A stretch of DNA of 36,065 nt from Gammaproteobacteria bacterium (GTDB lineage Bacteria > Pseudomonadota > Gammaproteobacteria > Acidiferrobacterales > UBA6901): the NCBI GenBank assembly GCA_031416355.1, contig JANOTM010000101.1, forward strand, positions 1 to 36,065, in the 5' to 3' direction. The notes beneath the pieces are model-generated. The model worked only from the letters and a program-made list of their open reading frames with translations. It had not been told where the DNA came from and ran no database searches. Position 1 is the first letter of the stretch. Every line of letters begins with the position of its first letter. The position numbers were made by a program, and so were the translations under genes. Positions 25,801 through 35,123 of the stretch are shown piece by piece.

Positions 25801-26862
25801 CTATCCGGGGGCCTGGCCGTAGGTGCCGGCCTGATCACCGCTTAGGGCGCCGCCCAATAGGCGCGCGGTCATGTCGACGATGGGGATCACATGTTCATAC
25901 GCCATGCGCGTGGGACCGATGACGCCCAGAGTTCCCACGATCTGTCCATCCACCCGGTAGGGCGCAGTCACCACGCTGCATTCTTCCAGCGCCTGGTAGC
26001 CGGATTCACCGCCGATAAATATTTGCATACCGGTGGCGTGAATACTCTGATCCAATAAGTGCAGCAGGTCGCGTTTGGTGCTAAAGGCATCGAACAATTT
26101 ACGCATTTTGGCTATGCTGCCGAGTTCCGGAAACTCCATGAGGTAGGATTCTCCGCTTACCACCAGGCCGGCGCTGGTATCGTCCTGGTCCATGAACAAA
26201 CTGCGCGCCATGTGCATGGCGGTGGTCATGGCCTGTTGCATGGCCTCGCTGTCCTTTTGCATCTCGCCCAGGAGTATGTGTTTAACTTCGCTTAAGGAAC
26301 GCGCCGCGTAGGTTTGGTTGAAATAGTTCGCCGCCTCCACCAATTCCGACGGCGAATAAGGCCGGTCGGTATTGATCACGCGGTTATGTACCCGGCCATC
26401 CTGGGTTACCAGGATCACCAGCACCCGGTTGACCGACAGGGAAAGAAACTCGATCTGGCGCAGCGCCGTCTGCTCCTGCCGCGGCACGGTCACGATGCCG
26501 GCAAGGCGGGTAATCTGCGACAATAGGCTGGAAGCGGATTCCATAAGCTGCTGCGGATTATGCTCGCTGGCAAACTCGCCCTGCATGCGGCGCATATCGC
26601 TGGCGGTCAGCGGGCGTACTTTGAGCAAGGTATCCACGAACACGCGGTAACCCAGGGCGGTGGGGATGCGGCCAGCGGAGGTATGGGGTGCCTGGATCAA
26701 CCCTAATTCCTCCAGGTCGGCCATGACATTGCGTATGGTCGCCGGGCTTAAGTCCAGCCCGGCCTGGCGCGACAGAGTGCGGGAGCCCACCGGCTGACCA
26801 TCCATAATATAGCGCTCTATCAATGTCTTGAGCAGAAATTCGGCACGCGGATTCAGCGACAT
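25801..26862 (-). CDS. hrcA: Heat-inducible transcription repressor HrcA
   Basis: PVGSRTL, SPATIRNVMADLE, PHTSAGRIPT and LGVIGPTRMAY. Confidence 0.97.
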   Translation of the reverse strand: MSLNPRAEFLLKTLIERYIMDGQPVGSRTLSRQAGLDLSPATIRNVMADLEELGLIQAPHTSAGRIPTALGYRVFVDTLLKVRPLTASDMRRMQGEFASEHNPQQLMESASSLLSQITRLAGIVTVPRQEQTALRQIEFLSLSVNRVLVILVTQDGRVHNRVINTDRPYSPSELVEAANYFNQTYAARSLSEVKHILLGEMQKDSEAMQQAMTTAMHMARSLFMDQDDTSAGLVVSGESYLMEFPELGSIAKMRKLFDAFSTKRDLLHLLDQSIHATGMQIFIGGESGYQALEECSVVTAPYRVDGQIVGTLGVIGPTRMAYEHVIPIVDMTARLLGGALSGDQAGTYGQAPG

Positions 26863-26890
26863 AGATAGTAAATGCCTGATATCATTGGGT

Positions 26891-26917
26891 TTAGCACTCT
26901 AATAACAGGAGTGCCAA
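26891..26917. promoter_or_regulatory. CIRCE operator upstream of hrcA
   Basis: TTAGCACTC-N9-GAGTGCCAA, one mismatch from the TTAGCACTC-N9-GAGTGCTAA consensus. Confidence 0.93.
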
Positions 26918-26922
26918 ATTTG

Positions 26923-26951
26923 AAATTACCAATCTGGGACACGACTGTCAA
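26923..26951 (-). promoter_or_regulatory. Putative sigma70 promoter of hrcA
   Basis: Minus strand TTGACA-N17-TAATTT with a TGn extension; the predicted start site abuts CIRCE. Confidence 0.75.
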
Positions 26952-27053
26952 TGTTCTTATACGAATACCACCATTGTTAAATGATTATTCGCCCGGGATT
27001 GGCCCGGATACCCCCGCATGATAGCTTATCCGTCGCAAAAGGAAGCCTTATCC

Positions 27054-27953
27054 ATGTCTGCCAGCAAAAATATGAAGAGCGACACGATCTCGACCCTGGG
27101 TCTGTTCGGTAAATACGGCGACAAGGGCGTGGGGGAGGTCATCCATCAATTAGGCGAATTCCTGGCGGCCCGGCACCTAAAGATTTTGGTAGAAGAAGCC
27201 ACGGCGGCGCTCATGGCTCAACCCCCGACGGCATCCTACTCTTGGTCGCACATCGGCAAGCACGCGGACCTGGCCATCGTGGTCGGCGGTGATGGCACCA
27301 TGTTGAATGTAGCGCGCAATTTGGCGGGCTACGAAGTGCCGCTGATCGGCATTAACTTGGGGCGGCTGGGATTTCTCACCGATATTCCCAAAGACCACAT
27401 GTTCGAAGGCCTGGGCAAAATCCTAGACGGCGATTTCCAGACCGAAGAGCGCATCTTGCTGTATGCCGAAGTGCTGCGCGAAGGCAAAATTAAACATAGC
27501 TGCTATGCACTCAACGACGTGGTCATTAACAAAGGCCAGCTCGCGCGCCTCATCGAATTCGAGACTTACATCGACGGCGATTTCGTCAATAGCACGCGCG
27601 CCGACGGTATCATTATCGCCACCCCCACCGGTTCTACCGCATATGCCTTGTCCGCCGGCGGACCGATATTGCACGCCACGCTCCCGGCCATGGTGCTGGT
27701 GCCGATCTGCCCGCACACCCTCAGCAACCGTCCTATTGCCGTGAGCAGCGACAGCCGCATCGAGATCATCATGACCCACACCAGTCACCAGTGCGCCCAC
27801 GTCACCCTGGACGGGCAAATCAATTTTTCGCTCCAGGACCAGGACAGCATACAGGTGCGGCGTGGCGATAAGCCCATCACCCTGATACACCCAAGCGATA
27901 GAAATCATTATCATGTGCTGCGGGCCAAGCTGCGCTGGGGCGAGAAATTCTGA
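27054..27953 (+). CDS. nadK: NAD(+) kinase
   Basis: GGDGTML, GINLGRLGFL, ALND and TPTGSTAYALSAGGP. Start uncertain (27018, 27054 or 27072). Confidence 0.96.
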   Translation: MSASKNMKSDTISTLGLFGKYGDKGVGEVIHQLGEFLAARHLKILVEEATAALMAQPPTASYSWSHIGKHADLAIVVGGDGTMLNVARNLAGYEVPLIGINLGRLGFLTDIPKDHMFEGLGKILDGDFQTEERILLYAEVLREGKIKHSCYALNDVVINKGQLARLIEFETYIDGDFVNSTRADGIIIATPTGSTAYALSAGGPILHATLPAMVLVPICPHTLSNRPIAVSSDSRIEIIMTHTSHQCAHVTLDGQINFSLQDQDSIQVRRGDKPITLIHPSDRNHYHVLRAKLRWGEKF

Positions 27954-27954
27954 C

Positions 27955-29628
27955 GTGCTGAACCATCTTTACATACGCGATTTTGCCATCGTGCACAAAC
28001 TCGAGCTGAGCCTACGCGCCGGGCTCACGGTGTTGACCGGCGAAACCGGCGCCGGCAAATCTATACTCATCGATGCCCTGGCCTTGGCCCTGGGTGGGCG
28101 CGCCGATAGCGGCGTTATCCGCCATGGCTGCGAGCGCAGCGAGATCTCGGCCGCGTTCGAGTTGGCGCCGCGGCACGACGCCGCCCTATGGCTCGCCCGC
28201 AACGACTTGTTCGAAGACCGCGAGTGCGTGGTGCGGCGCGTGATCGACGCTGACAAGGCATCCAAGGGCTATATTAACGGTCGCCCAGTGCCGATGCAGA
28301 TGTTGCGCGAACTGGGCGAACTGCTGGTGGATATCCACGGCCAGCACGAGCACCAATCTTTATTGAAGCGTGAGGCCCAGCGCCTGACCCTGGACGATTA
28401 TGCGGCCTTGGGCGCCACCGTCGCGGCCGTGACCGAGCACTATCACCGGATCAAGGGCCTACAGGAACGGCGCGATGCCCTGAGCCGCGAGGGCACGGAT
28501 CGGGCGGCGCGCGTGGAACTGCTGCGCTACCAGGTGAACGAGCTCCAGGCCCTGGACCTACAGGTCGATGAACTTCCGCAACTGGAAGAAGAGCACGGCC
28601 GCTTGGCCAACGCCAACGAGCTGCTGCAAGGCGTCCAGGAGGCCGTACACAATTTATACGACGATGACGAACGCGCCCTGTCGCGCCTCTTGGTCCAGTG
28701 CCAGCATAAACTTGAATCCTTGAGCGAGTTCGATGCCAAGCTGGCACCCCTGGCGGATATGCTGGGCGAGGCCGTTATCCAGGTGGACGAGGTGGCGGGC
28801 GCGTTGCATCATTATCTGGACGCCCTTGATCTCGATCCGGCACGCCTGCAATGGATAGATCAGCGCCTGTCCGCCATGCACGACCTGGGACGCAAGCACA
28901 AGGTACGACCGGAAGAATTACCCCAGGTATTGGCGCGCTTGGCCACGGAGCTGGACGACATCGAGAACGTGGGCATGAACCTGGAAAAACTCGATCGGGA
29001 ATTGACGGAAGTGAAGAGCGCTTACATGAAACATGCACGCGAACTCAGCGCCGGGCGTGCCGGAGCGGCGCAGCAGCTGGCGCAGGCGGTGGGCGACTTC
29101 ATGCAAGAGCTGGGCATGCCCGGCGGACGCTTCGAAGTGAATCTGGCGCCGCTAGCCAAAGATGAATACACCGCCTATGGACTGGAACGCGTCGAATTCC
29201 TAGTCAGCGCCAACCCGGGGCAACCGGTGAAACCCCTGAACAAAGTCGCATCCGGCGGCGAACTGTCGCGCATCAGCTTGGCGCTGCAGGTGGCGACAGC
29301 CCAGGTGGGGCGCATACCCACACTCATCTTCGATGAAGTCGACGTAGGCATAGGCGGCGGCGTGGCCGAGGTCGTGGGCCGGCAACTGCGCGCCCTGGGG
29401 GCACAACGTCAGGTACTATGCATTACCCACCTGGCCCAGGTGGCGTCCCAGGGGAACCAGCATTTGCAAGTCAGCAAACTCAGCCAACAGGGCGCCACTG
29501 TCACTCATATCCAGCCGTTGCCGGAGAAAGATCGGGTCAAAGAAATCGCCCGCATGCTCGGCGGCGTGGAAATTACCCGACAGACCTTGGATCTCGCCTC
29601 GGACATGCTTGCCCGTGCATCCGCCTGA
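27955..29628 (+). CDS. recN: DNA repair protein RecN
   Basis: GETGAGKS Walker A, ASGGELSR, IFDEVD and ITHLAQVA. GTG start 1 nt after the nadK stop. Confidence 0.97.
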   Translation: MLNHLYIRDFAIVHKLELSLRAGLTVLTGETGAGKSILIDALALALGGRADSGVIRHGCERSEISAAFELAPRHDAALWLARNDLFEDRECVVRRVIDADKASKGYINGRPVPMQMLRELGELLVDIHGQHEHQSLLKREAQRLTLDDYAALGATVAAVTEHYHRIKGLQERRDALSREGTDRAARVELLRYQVNELQALDLQVDELPQLEEEHGRLANANELLQGVQEAVHNLYDDDERALSRLLVQCQHKLESLSEFDAKLAPLADMLGEAVIQVDEVAGALHHYLDALDLDPARLQWIDQRLSAMHDLGRKHKVRPEELPQVLARLATELDDIENVGMNLEKLDRELTEVKSAYMKHARELSAGRAGAAQQLAQAVGDFMQELGMPGGRFEVNLAPLAKDEYTAYGLERVEFLVSANPGQPVKPLNKVASGGELSRISLALQVATAQVGRIPTLIFDEVDVGIGGGVAEVVGRQLRALGAQRQVLCITHLAQVASQGNQHLQVSKLSQQGATVTHIQPLPEKDRVKEIARMLGGVEITRQTLDLASDMLARASA

Positions 29629-30142
29629 CCCGCCCGACTTGCCGTTGGCGGCCGCCGGTAGTCGCCGAGCGCTGGCCGGCGCTGCGCCAAATATACGCGC
29701 CGCCGCCATCGCCGATGCCCCCAGCATTCACCATCTGCTAGAAATCTATGCCAGCAAAGGCAACCTATTGCCGCGCACCCTAAGTGAAATCTATCGCCAC
29801 CTGCGGGATTTTTTCGTCATCGAACTCGACGGCAAGGTCGCCGCCATGGGTGCCTTGGAGATTTTTACCGAAGACCTGGGCGAGGTGCGCAGCCTGGTAG
29901 TGGATGAAGCCTATGAGCGTCGCGGCCTGGGCCGGCTGCTGGTGCAACGCATCGTGGACGAGGCCCGCACCATCGGCCTGCGCCGCATCATGGCCCTGAC
30001 CTATGTGCCGGAGTTCTTTCATAAACTTGGCTTCCAGACCGTGCCCATGGGGACGCTACCGGAGAAAGTTTGGACCGTATGCGTGAAATGCTACAAGTAC
30101 AATAACTGCGATGAAGTAGCCGTGCTCCTGGAATTAAAATAG
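29609..30142 (+). CDS. Short GNAT acetyltransferase, ArgA (N-acetylglutamate synthase)-like
   Basis: LLPR, EVRSLVV, RRGLGRLLV, ALTYVPEFFHKLGF and LPEKVWxxCxxC...CDE tail. The true start may lie downstream of 29609. Confidence 0.8.
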   Translation: MPVHPPDPPDLPLAAAGSRRALAGAAPNIRAAAIADAPSIHHLLEIYASKGNLLPRTLSEIYRHLRDFFVIELDGKVAAMGALEIFTEDLGEVRSLVVDEAYERRGLGRLLVQRIVDEARTIGLRRIMALTYVPEFFHKLGFQTVPMGTLPEKVWTVCVKCYKYNNCDEVAVLLELK

Positions 30143-30181
30143 AAAGGTGTGGGTAGTCGCTAAATTTGGGAATCGTGCGTC

Positions 30182-30958
30182 ATGACTATCTTCACGTCTG
30201 AGCAACTTGCTCAGTTCTCTCAGGCAGGCTACGTCATCGTGCCAAGTTTGGCGACACCATTGGAATGCACGCGCATGCTTGCCCTTGCCCGTGACCACTT
30301 AGCGCGCGCAGTGGCGCCGGTGGAGTACGAAACGGACGTGGGCTATCCCGGCGCCCCCGTCTCGAAAGAGGCCCCCGGTGGCCACACCATACGGCGGCTG
30401 TTGCAGGCGTATGCGCGCGACCCGATGTTCGCCGCTTGGGCGACCGACCCGCGCGTGATCGCACGGGTGCAGCAATTGTTAGCGCGGCCGGTGATACTGC
30501 CGCAGGCGCATCACAACTGCATCATGACCAAACAACCGGGCTTTAGCAGTGCCACCCATTGGCATCAAGATATCCGCTATTGGTCGTATGCGCGGCCCGA
30601 GCTGATTAGCGTGTGGCTGGCATTGGGTAATGAAACGGCCGATAACGGGTGTCTGATGTTATTGCCCGGCACCCATACCCAGGAATTCGATCCGACGCGC
30701 TTGGATGCGGCACTATTTTTACGTCCCGAGCTACCGGAGAATAAAGCGTTAATTGGAACGCGCGTATTTGCCAATCTTTCCGCCGGCGATGTTTTATTTT
30801 TTCACGCCCGTACCTTTCACGCGGCGGGCCGTAATATTGCTCACGCAACCAAATTCTCGGTCGTATATACGTATCGTCCAGACGATAATCCCCCGCGGGC
30901 CGACTCGCGTTCATCCGTGGATAAAGAGATCACATTGAATTGGGCAGTGAAGACTTAA
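30182..30958 (+). CDS. Phytanoyl-CoA dioxygenase (PhyH) family Fe(II)/2-oxoglutarate dioxygenase
   Basis: WHQD facial-triad motif, WLAL...NGCL..LPGTH and GDVLFFHARTFH. Confidence 0.88.
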   Translation: MTIFTSEQLAQFSQAGYVIVPSLATPLECTRMLALARDHLARAVAPVEYETDVGYPGAPVSKEAPGGHTIRRLLQAYARDPMFAAWATDPRVIARVQQLLARPVILPQAHHNCIMTKQPGFSSATHWHQDIRYWSYARPELISVWLALGNETADNGCLMLLPGTHTQEFDPTRLDAALFLRPELPENKALIGTRVFANLSAGDVLFFHARTFHAAGRNIAHATKFSVVYTYRPDDNPPRADSRSSVDKEITLNWAVKT

Positions 30959-30968
30959 TCAAGCTTTC

Positions 30969-32798
30969 CTAGCGCGTGATTTGCGCGTACAGCGCCGGCA
31001 ACTGCCGCGGCAGTTCGGACGGTTTGCGGATAACAACGTAACCGCCGACCCCGAACAGATGCGACAAGTAACTGCCCGCTTTCGCGTCCACGGTTACGCA
31101 GAAAGGCTGTATCCCGTGCTTGCGCGCCGCGCTCAGCGCCTGCCGTGTATCCTCTATCCCGTAACGGCCTTCGTATTGGTCCAGATCGTTCGGCTTGCCA
31201 TCCGTCAGCAGTAGCAACAGCCGCTGGTGTGAGGGCTGGCATGCCAGCAAGGCGCTGGCGTGGCGAATGGCGGTGCCCATGCGGGTGTAGTAGCCGGGTT
31301 TGACGGCGGCGATACGGCCACGCACCCGGTCGTCGTAGTGGTCTTCGAATTCCTTGATCACATGGAAGCGGACATTGTCGCGCCGCAGCGAAGAAAAACC
31401 ATATAGCCCAAAACGATCGCCGGTGGCGGACAAGGCTTCCGAAAACAAAAATAGACTATCGCGAATGACGTCGATTACTCGCGCCTGGTCGCTCACATAG
31501 GCGTCCGTGGACTGGGACAAATCCGCCAGCAGCAGGCAGGTCAGGTCGCGTTGCTGCGCCTGATACGATTTATACAGCCCCATATCCGCCGTGGCGGTGC
31601 CGCTTTTCCGTTCGATCGTGCGCTGTACACAGGCATCCAGGTCGATTTCGGTGCCGTCATGCTGCTTTCTGAGCCAGATGCGCGCCGGCGTCAGCGCTTC
31701 GAACTGGCTGCGGATGCGGCGCGCAGTGGTGGCGAGATGCGCAGGCAGCGCGGCCGGCGCGGCATGCGCCGCGATCATCGGTTGCAGGCGGCAATGGTTT
31801 TCCTGCAAGACGCCTTTTCTGTAATGCCATTCCGGCAGCGGTATCCCCTCCCCCAGCGGCGTATCGTCGGCTTCCTCGGGCGGCAGATCGAGGTCAAAAC
31901 GCAGGCGCGTGGCGGTATTTTTGCCGTCGCGCGCCACGCTGATGACATCCATGTCATCCGCGGCGCGTTTGCCATCCTCGGCAGCGTCGTCTTCGGTGGG
32001 CCGGTTTATTTTGATGTACTCGGCCCAACTCATAATGCTTTCGGCGCGAAAAAACATCATGAAGCCGTCTTTCCCATCCGGCATATCTTCTCTCTGGGCT
32101 TTGCGTCGCCGCTGATCCTCGGATGCCGGTTGGGTTTGATCCGGTTGCGGCGCCTGCGGCTCAATCGCGGGAGCAGGCCGAGCGTGGGAAGCGACCGGTG
32201 GCGCGGGATGGAGCCACAGTTGCACCGGATGCCAGGGGCGACGCGCCGGCGGCAAGAACGCGACGCTGCCGGGCACGGCAAGCCCTTGACGTATCGCCCG
32301 TTCCCGCGCTGCTTCATCCGCGGGTAGCGTCTCCGGGCCGGGACGCAGCAACAAGCTTGCATGAAGCAGGCGCTGGTAACGCGCTTGCAAGCCGGGGAAT
32401 TTATCCAGCAGGCGCAAGGTGGCCTGCTGGTTTTCGATAAACCATACACCGCTGTGCATTTCCGCGGCCAGCGCCGCCAGCCAGAAATAAAGCTCGCGGT
32501 TGAGTGCCGTCTGCGGGAACAAATTGATGGATGCGGGAAAATGCAGGGCTTCGTGGTCGCGCCAGGCCAGTTCGATTTTGCGCTCGCTGCCGGCCAGGCG
32601 TTGCAGCCAGTTGCGCCGCCCGGCGTTGTCGGTTGCCTGCGCGGCTTTCAGCGCCAGACCGCTGTCGCCGCCGAGTGCGCGAAACAGAATGCCCGCCGGC
32701 TTCGCAATATCCTCAAGCCTGACGGCCGCCGCACCATGCCCGGTATCGGCGGCCCGGGTAACCAGCCGGTGCCATAATGTGCCAACGAATTGTTCCAT
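30969..32798 (-). CDS. norD: Nitric oxide reductase activation protein NorD (vWA domain)
   Basis: MIDAS DLSQS, PGYYTRMGTAIRH and LTDGKPNDLDQYEGRYG; downstream of norBQ. Confidence 0.92.
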   Translation of the reverse strand: MEQFVGTLWHRLVTRAADTGHGAAAVRLEDIAKPAGILFRALGGDSGLALKAAQATDNAGRRNWLQRLAGSERKIELAWRDHEALHFPASINLFPQTALNRELYFWLAALAAEMHSGVWFIENQQATLRLLDKFPGLQARYQRLLHASLLLRPGPETLPADEAARERAIRQGLAVPGSVAFLPPARRPWHPVQLWLHPAPPVASHARPAPAIEPQAPQPDQTQPASEDQRRRKAQREDMPDGKDGFMMFFRAESIMSWAEYIKINRPTEDDAAEDGKRAADDMDVISVARDGKNTATRLRFDLDLPPEEADDTPLGEGIPLPEWHYRKGVLQENHCRLQPMIAAHAAPAALPAHLATTARRIRSQFEALTPARIWLRKQHDGTEIDLDACVQRTIERKSGTATADMGLYKSYQAQQRDLTCLLLADLSQSTDAYVSDQARVIDVIRDSLFLFSEALSATGDRFGLYGFSSLRRDNVRFHVIKEFEDHYDDRVRGRIAAVKPGYYTRMGTAIRHASALLACQPSHQRLLLLLTDGKPNDLDQYEGRYGIEDTRQALSAARKHGIQPFCVTVDAKAGSYLSHLFGVGGYVVIRKPSELPRQLPALYAQITR

Positions 32799-32810
32799 GG
32801 CTTCAGGTAT

Positions 32811-33839
32811 TCATCCCGGGGTTTTTTCAGCGCTGATTTCAGCGCGCGCAACCAAGCTGATCGGCCAGATTTTCCAGTCGCGGCCAGAATCGAAGCAGCC
32901 CCCCGGGACGGCGGGCCGATGGCCGAAACCGCGGTCCGATTTATCCAGCGCACACGCGTTATCCACCCATTGCAGCAATGAGCCGTGCGGGTTGTTTGCC
33001 TGCACTTGCCCGCACGCCTGGACGCACTGGACGCATTGGGTGCAGGTAAACATGTGACGCTTAATGGTGCGCGGCTTCAGACGCATCGGGCAGGCGTTAT
33101 CGCAGGCATTGTCGCAGTCGCTGCATAGACGGCCGCGGGCGCGATCGAAGCCCACCACCATGGCTTTTTTGTTGGTCATCCAGGCCAGGCTTTGAAACAC
33201 GCCGACCGCGCAACCGAAGCGGCAAAACAGGTGTCGCGCCAAAGTGAAATCCAGCGAAAACACCACGCTGGCGGCAAACAGGAAAAGCCCTTGATTGCGC
33301 GTCAGTGTGGCGTGCCAAAGATTGGCATAGATCTCCGCGGGCGGCAAAAGATAAGTCAGCAGCGCCACCGCCCAGATAAAGGCAAACGCGACGGCTACCG
33401 GCAGCGTCACCCACCAATAATGGGCGTTGGGCTTGATGACGCGGCCGTCCGGGCCACGCTCGGGAAGCTTTTCCCGGTCCCATACGCTGTGCCTGCCTAT
33501 GGTTCTGCGCATCAGCGCATTGATGGTTTCCACGATCGAAAAATGCGGGCACAGCCAGCCGCAATAAAGCCGCCCGTATTTCCAGGAAATCCCAATCACC
33601 AGCGCCACCGTGGCAATGACCGGCAGGAAGCCGCGCATGAAAATATTGAAGGTCGCTTCGCCCGCGCTGATTTGCCCCGTGAGGAACGGGTCCAGTCCGA
33701 GCGTCCAGGGGTATCCGAACACGACAAAATGACCCAGTGTCAAATCGAAGCGAAAAATATTAAGTGGCGGCGCCAGTACGAACAGCATGAAAAATGCCGA
33801 GCGCAGAAATAGACGCCTGCGTTGCAGATTAACTATCAT
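32811..33839 (-). CDS. Membrane-bound 4Fe-4S protein (NapH/CcoG/MauN-like)
   Basis: Several TM segments; GRLYCGWLCP, FCRFGC, CSDCDNACDNACP and CTQCVQCVQAC. Confidence 0.85.
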   Translation of the reverse strand: MIVNLQRRRLFLRSAFFMLFVLAPPLNIFRFDLTLGHFVVFGYPWTLGLDPFLTGQISAGEATFNIFMRGFLPVIATVALVIGISWKYGRLYCGWLCPHFSIVETINALMRRTIGRHSVWDREKLPERGPDGRVIKPNAHYWWVTLPVAVAFAFIWAVALLTYLLPPAEIYANLWHATLTRNQGLFLFAASVVFSLDFTLARHLFCRFGCAVGVFQSLAWMTNKKAMVVGFDRARGRLCSDCDNACDNACPMRLKPRTIKRHMFTCTQCVQCVQACGQVQANNPHGSLLQWVDNACALDKSDRGFGHRPAVPGGCFDSGRDWKIWPISLVARAEISAEKTPG

Positions 33840-34248
33840 TGCATGGCCTGCCGATCAGGGGATAAACATAATTCTTGCCGGCCATGGCGCGCGCCAGGCC
33901 GAGTATACCGAGCAATACCAGCGTCGAATGGCAGATGGTGAAATACAGGATAACGACGATCCAGGTAGCGGGTTGATGGTAGCCACCCAATGCAAAAATC
34001 AGGGCATTGGCCAGCACCAGGATCACGCCCGCCCACACGCTTGCCGACAGAGTCTGCCGCAGATGGCAGCGGCCCAGCGGCGGCATATCGCGCCGGTGCG
34101 CGAACCAGACAACGAGCAACGCCAGAAAAGCCAGCCCGGGCAACAGTAAAAGGTTGGCGAGATACAGTGCTTCCGCACTCACTGCAATACTTTGCCCCGA
34201 CGCATCCGGCTCGGGGTCGTCGTCATTTGCCGAAGCTCGCATAGACAA
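33829..34248 (-). CDS. Small membrane protein of unknown function (about three TM helices)
   Basis: Overlaps both neighbours inside the nor operon; hydrophobic segments, CHLRQT and C-terminal YVYPLIG. Confidence 0.75.
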   Translation of the reverse strand: MSMRASANDDDPEPDASGQSIAVSAEALYLANLLLLPGLAFLALLVVWFAHRRDMPPLGRCHLRQTLSASVWAGVILVLANALIFALGGYHQPATWIVVILYFTICHSTLVLLGILGLARAMAGKNYVYPLIGRPCNDS

Positions 34249-35053
34249 TCTCCATCAAGGCCTGCGCGGTTTCCTCGTCATCCGTGAGCGTTTCCACCAG
34301 CGCCGCGCGGCATGCCGCCACCGGATCAAAACCACTCTTGATGAGCGCGGCGGCATACACCAGCAGGCGCGTGCTGGCCGCCTCCTCCAGGTCGTGTTCC
34401 TTGAGGGCGCGCAAGGCGCCCGCCAGGTTGACCAGGCGCGTCGCTGTCATGGCATCGATACCGGTTTCGGCAATCACCACTTCCCGTTCGAGGTCCGGCG
34501 CCGGGAAATCAAAGCGCAGGGATACAAAACGCTGGCGCGTGCTCGGCTTCATGCCCTTGAGAAAGTTTTGATAGCCTGGATTGTAGGAAACCACCAGCAT
34601 GAACTGAGGCGGCGCCTGCAGGATTTCGCCGGTGCGCTCCAGCGGCAAAATACGGCGATCGTCGGTCAGGGGGTGCAGTATGACCGTGGTGTCCTTGCGC
34701 GCCTCCACCACTTCGTCCAGGTAACAGATACCGCCTTCGCGCACCGCGCGGGTTAGCGGACCGTCGTTCCAGTAGGTTCCGGAATCGTTGATGAGGTGCC
34801 GCCCCACCAGGTCAGAGGCGGTGAGATCGTCGTGGCAGGCCACAGTGTATAGCGGCCGCTTCAGGCGGGCCGCCATATGCGCAACGAAACGCGTCTTTCC
34901 GCAGCCGGTTGGGCCCTTGATCAGCAGCGGCAGCCGGTTGCGGAAAGCGTGCTCGAACAGTTCGACTTCATTGCTATGGGGCTGGTAGAACGGTACGTTG
35001 TCGACTGTGGGATGGGTCCCCAACGCGGTGATGGATGCAGGTGGTGGCGTCAT
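34223..35053 (-). CDS. norQ: NorQ/CbbQ/NirQ family MoxR AAA+ ATPase
   Basis: KGPTGCGKTRF, CYLDEVVEAR, SYNPGYQ and STRLLVY; follows norB. Confidence 0.94.
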   Translation of the reverse strand: MTPPPASITALGTHPTVDNVPFYQPHSNEVELFEHAFRNRLPLLIKGPTGCGKTRFVAHMAARLKRPLYTVACHDDLTASDLVGRHLINDSGTYWNDGPLTRAVREGGICYLDEVVEARKDTTVILHPLTDDRRILPLERTGEILQAPPQFMLVVSYNPGYQNFLKGMKPSTRQRFVSLRFDFPAPDLEREVVIAETGIDAMTATRLVNLAGALRALKEHDLEEAASTRLLVYAAALIKSGFDPVAACRAALVETLTDDEETAQALMEIVYASFGK

Positions 35054-35088
35054 GACGCACTCCTTGGGATGGGTCGCGGTTGCATCGG

Positions 35089-35114
35089 CTGCCGGGGGAG
35101 AATTCCCCCGGCAG
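35089..35114. other. Strong GC hairpin between norB and norQ
   Basis: CTGCCGGGGGA-GAAT-TCCCCCGGCAG, an 11-bp perfect stem 9 nt after the norB stop, with no U-tract. Confidence 0.7.
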
Positions 35115-35123
35115 TCAGGCGCC

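Noticed and set aside
30969-35053. Reading the AAA+ and vWA pair as Rubisco activase CbbQ/CbbO
   Set aside because: The genes follow norB directly and no Rubisco gene is present, so NorQ/NorD is the better call.
35008-35075. 11-bp direct repeat TGGGATGGGTC (35008-35018 and 35065-35075) around the norQ start
   Set aside because: It is too short and has no supporting structure; chance or a minor local duplication is sufficient.
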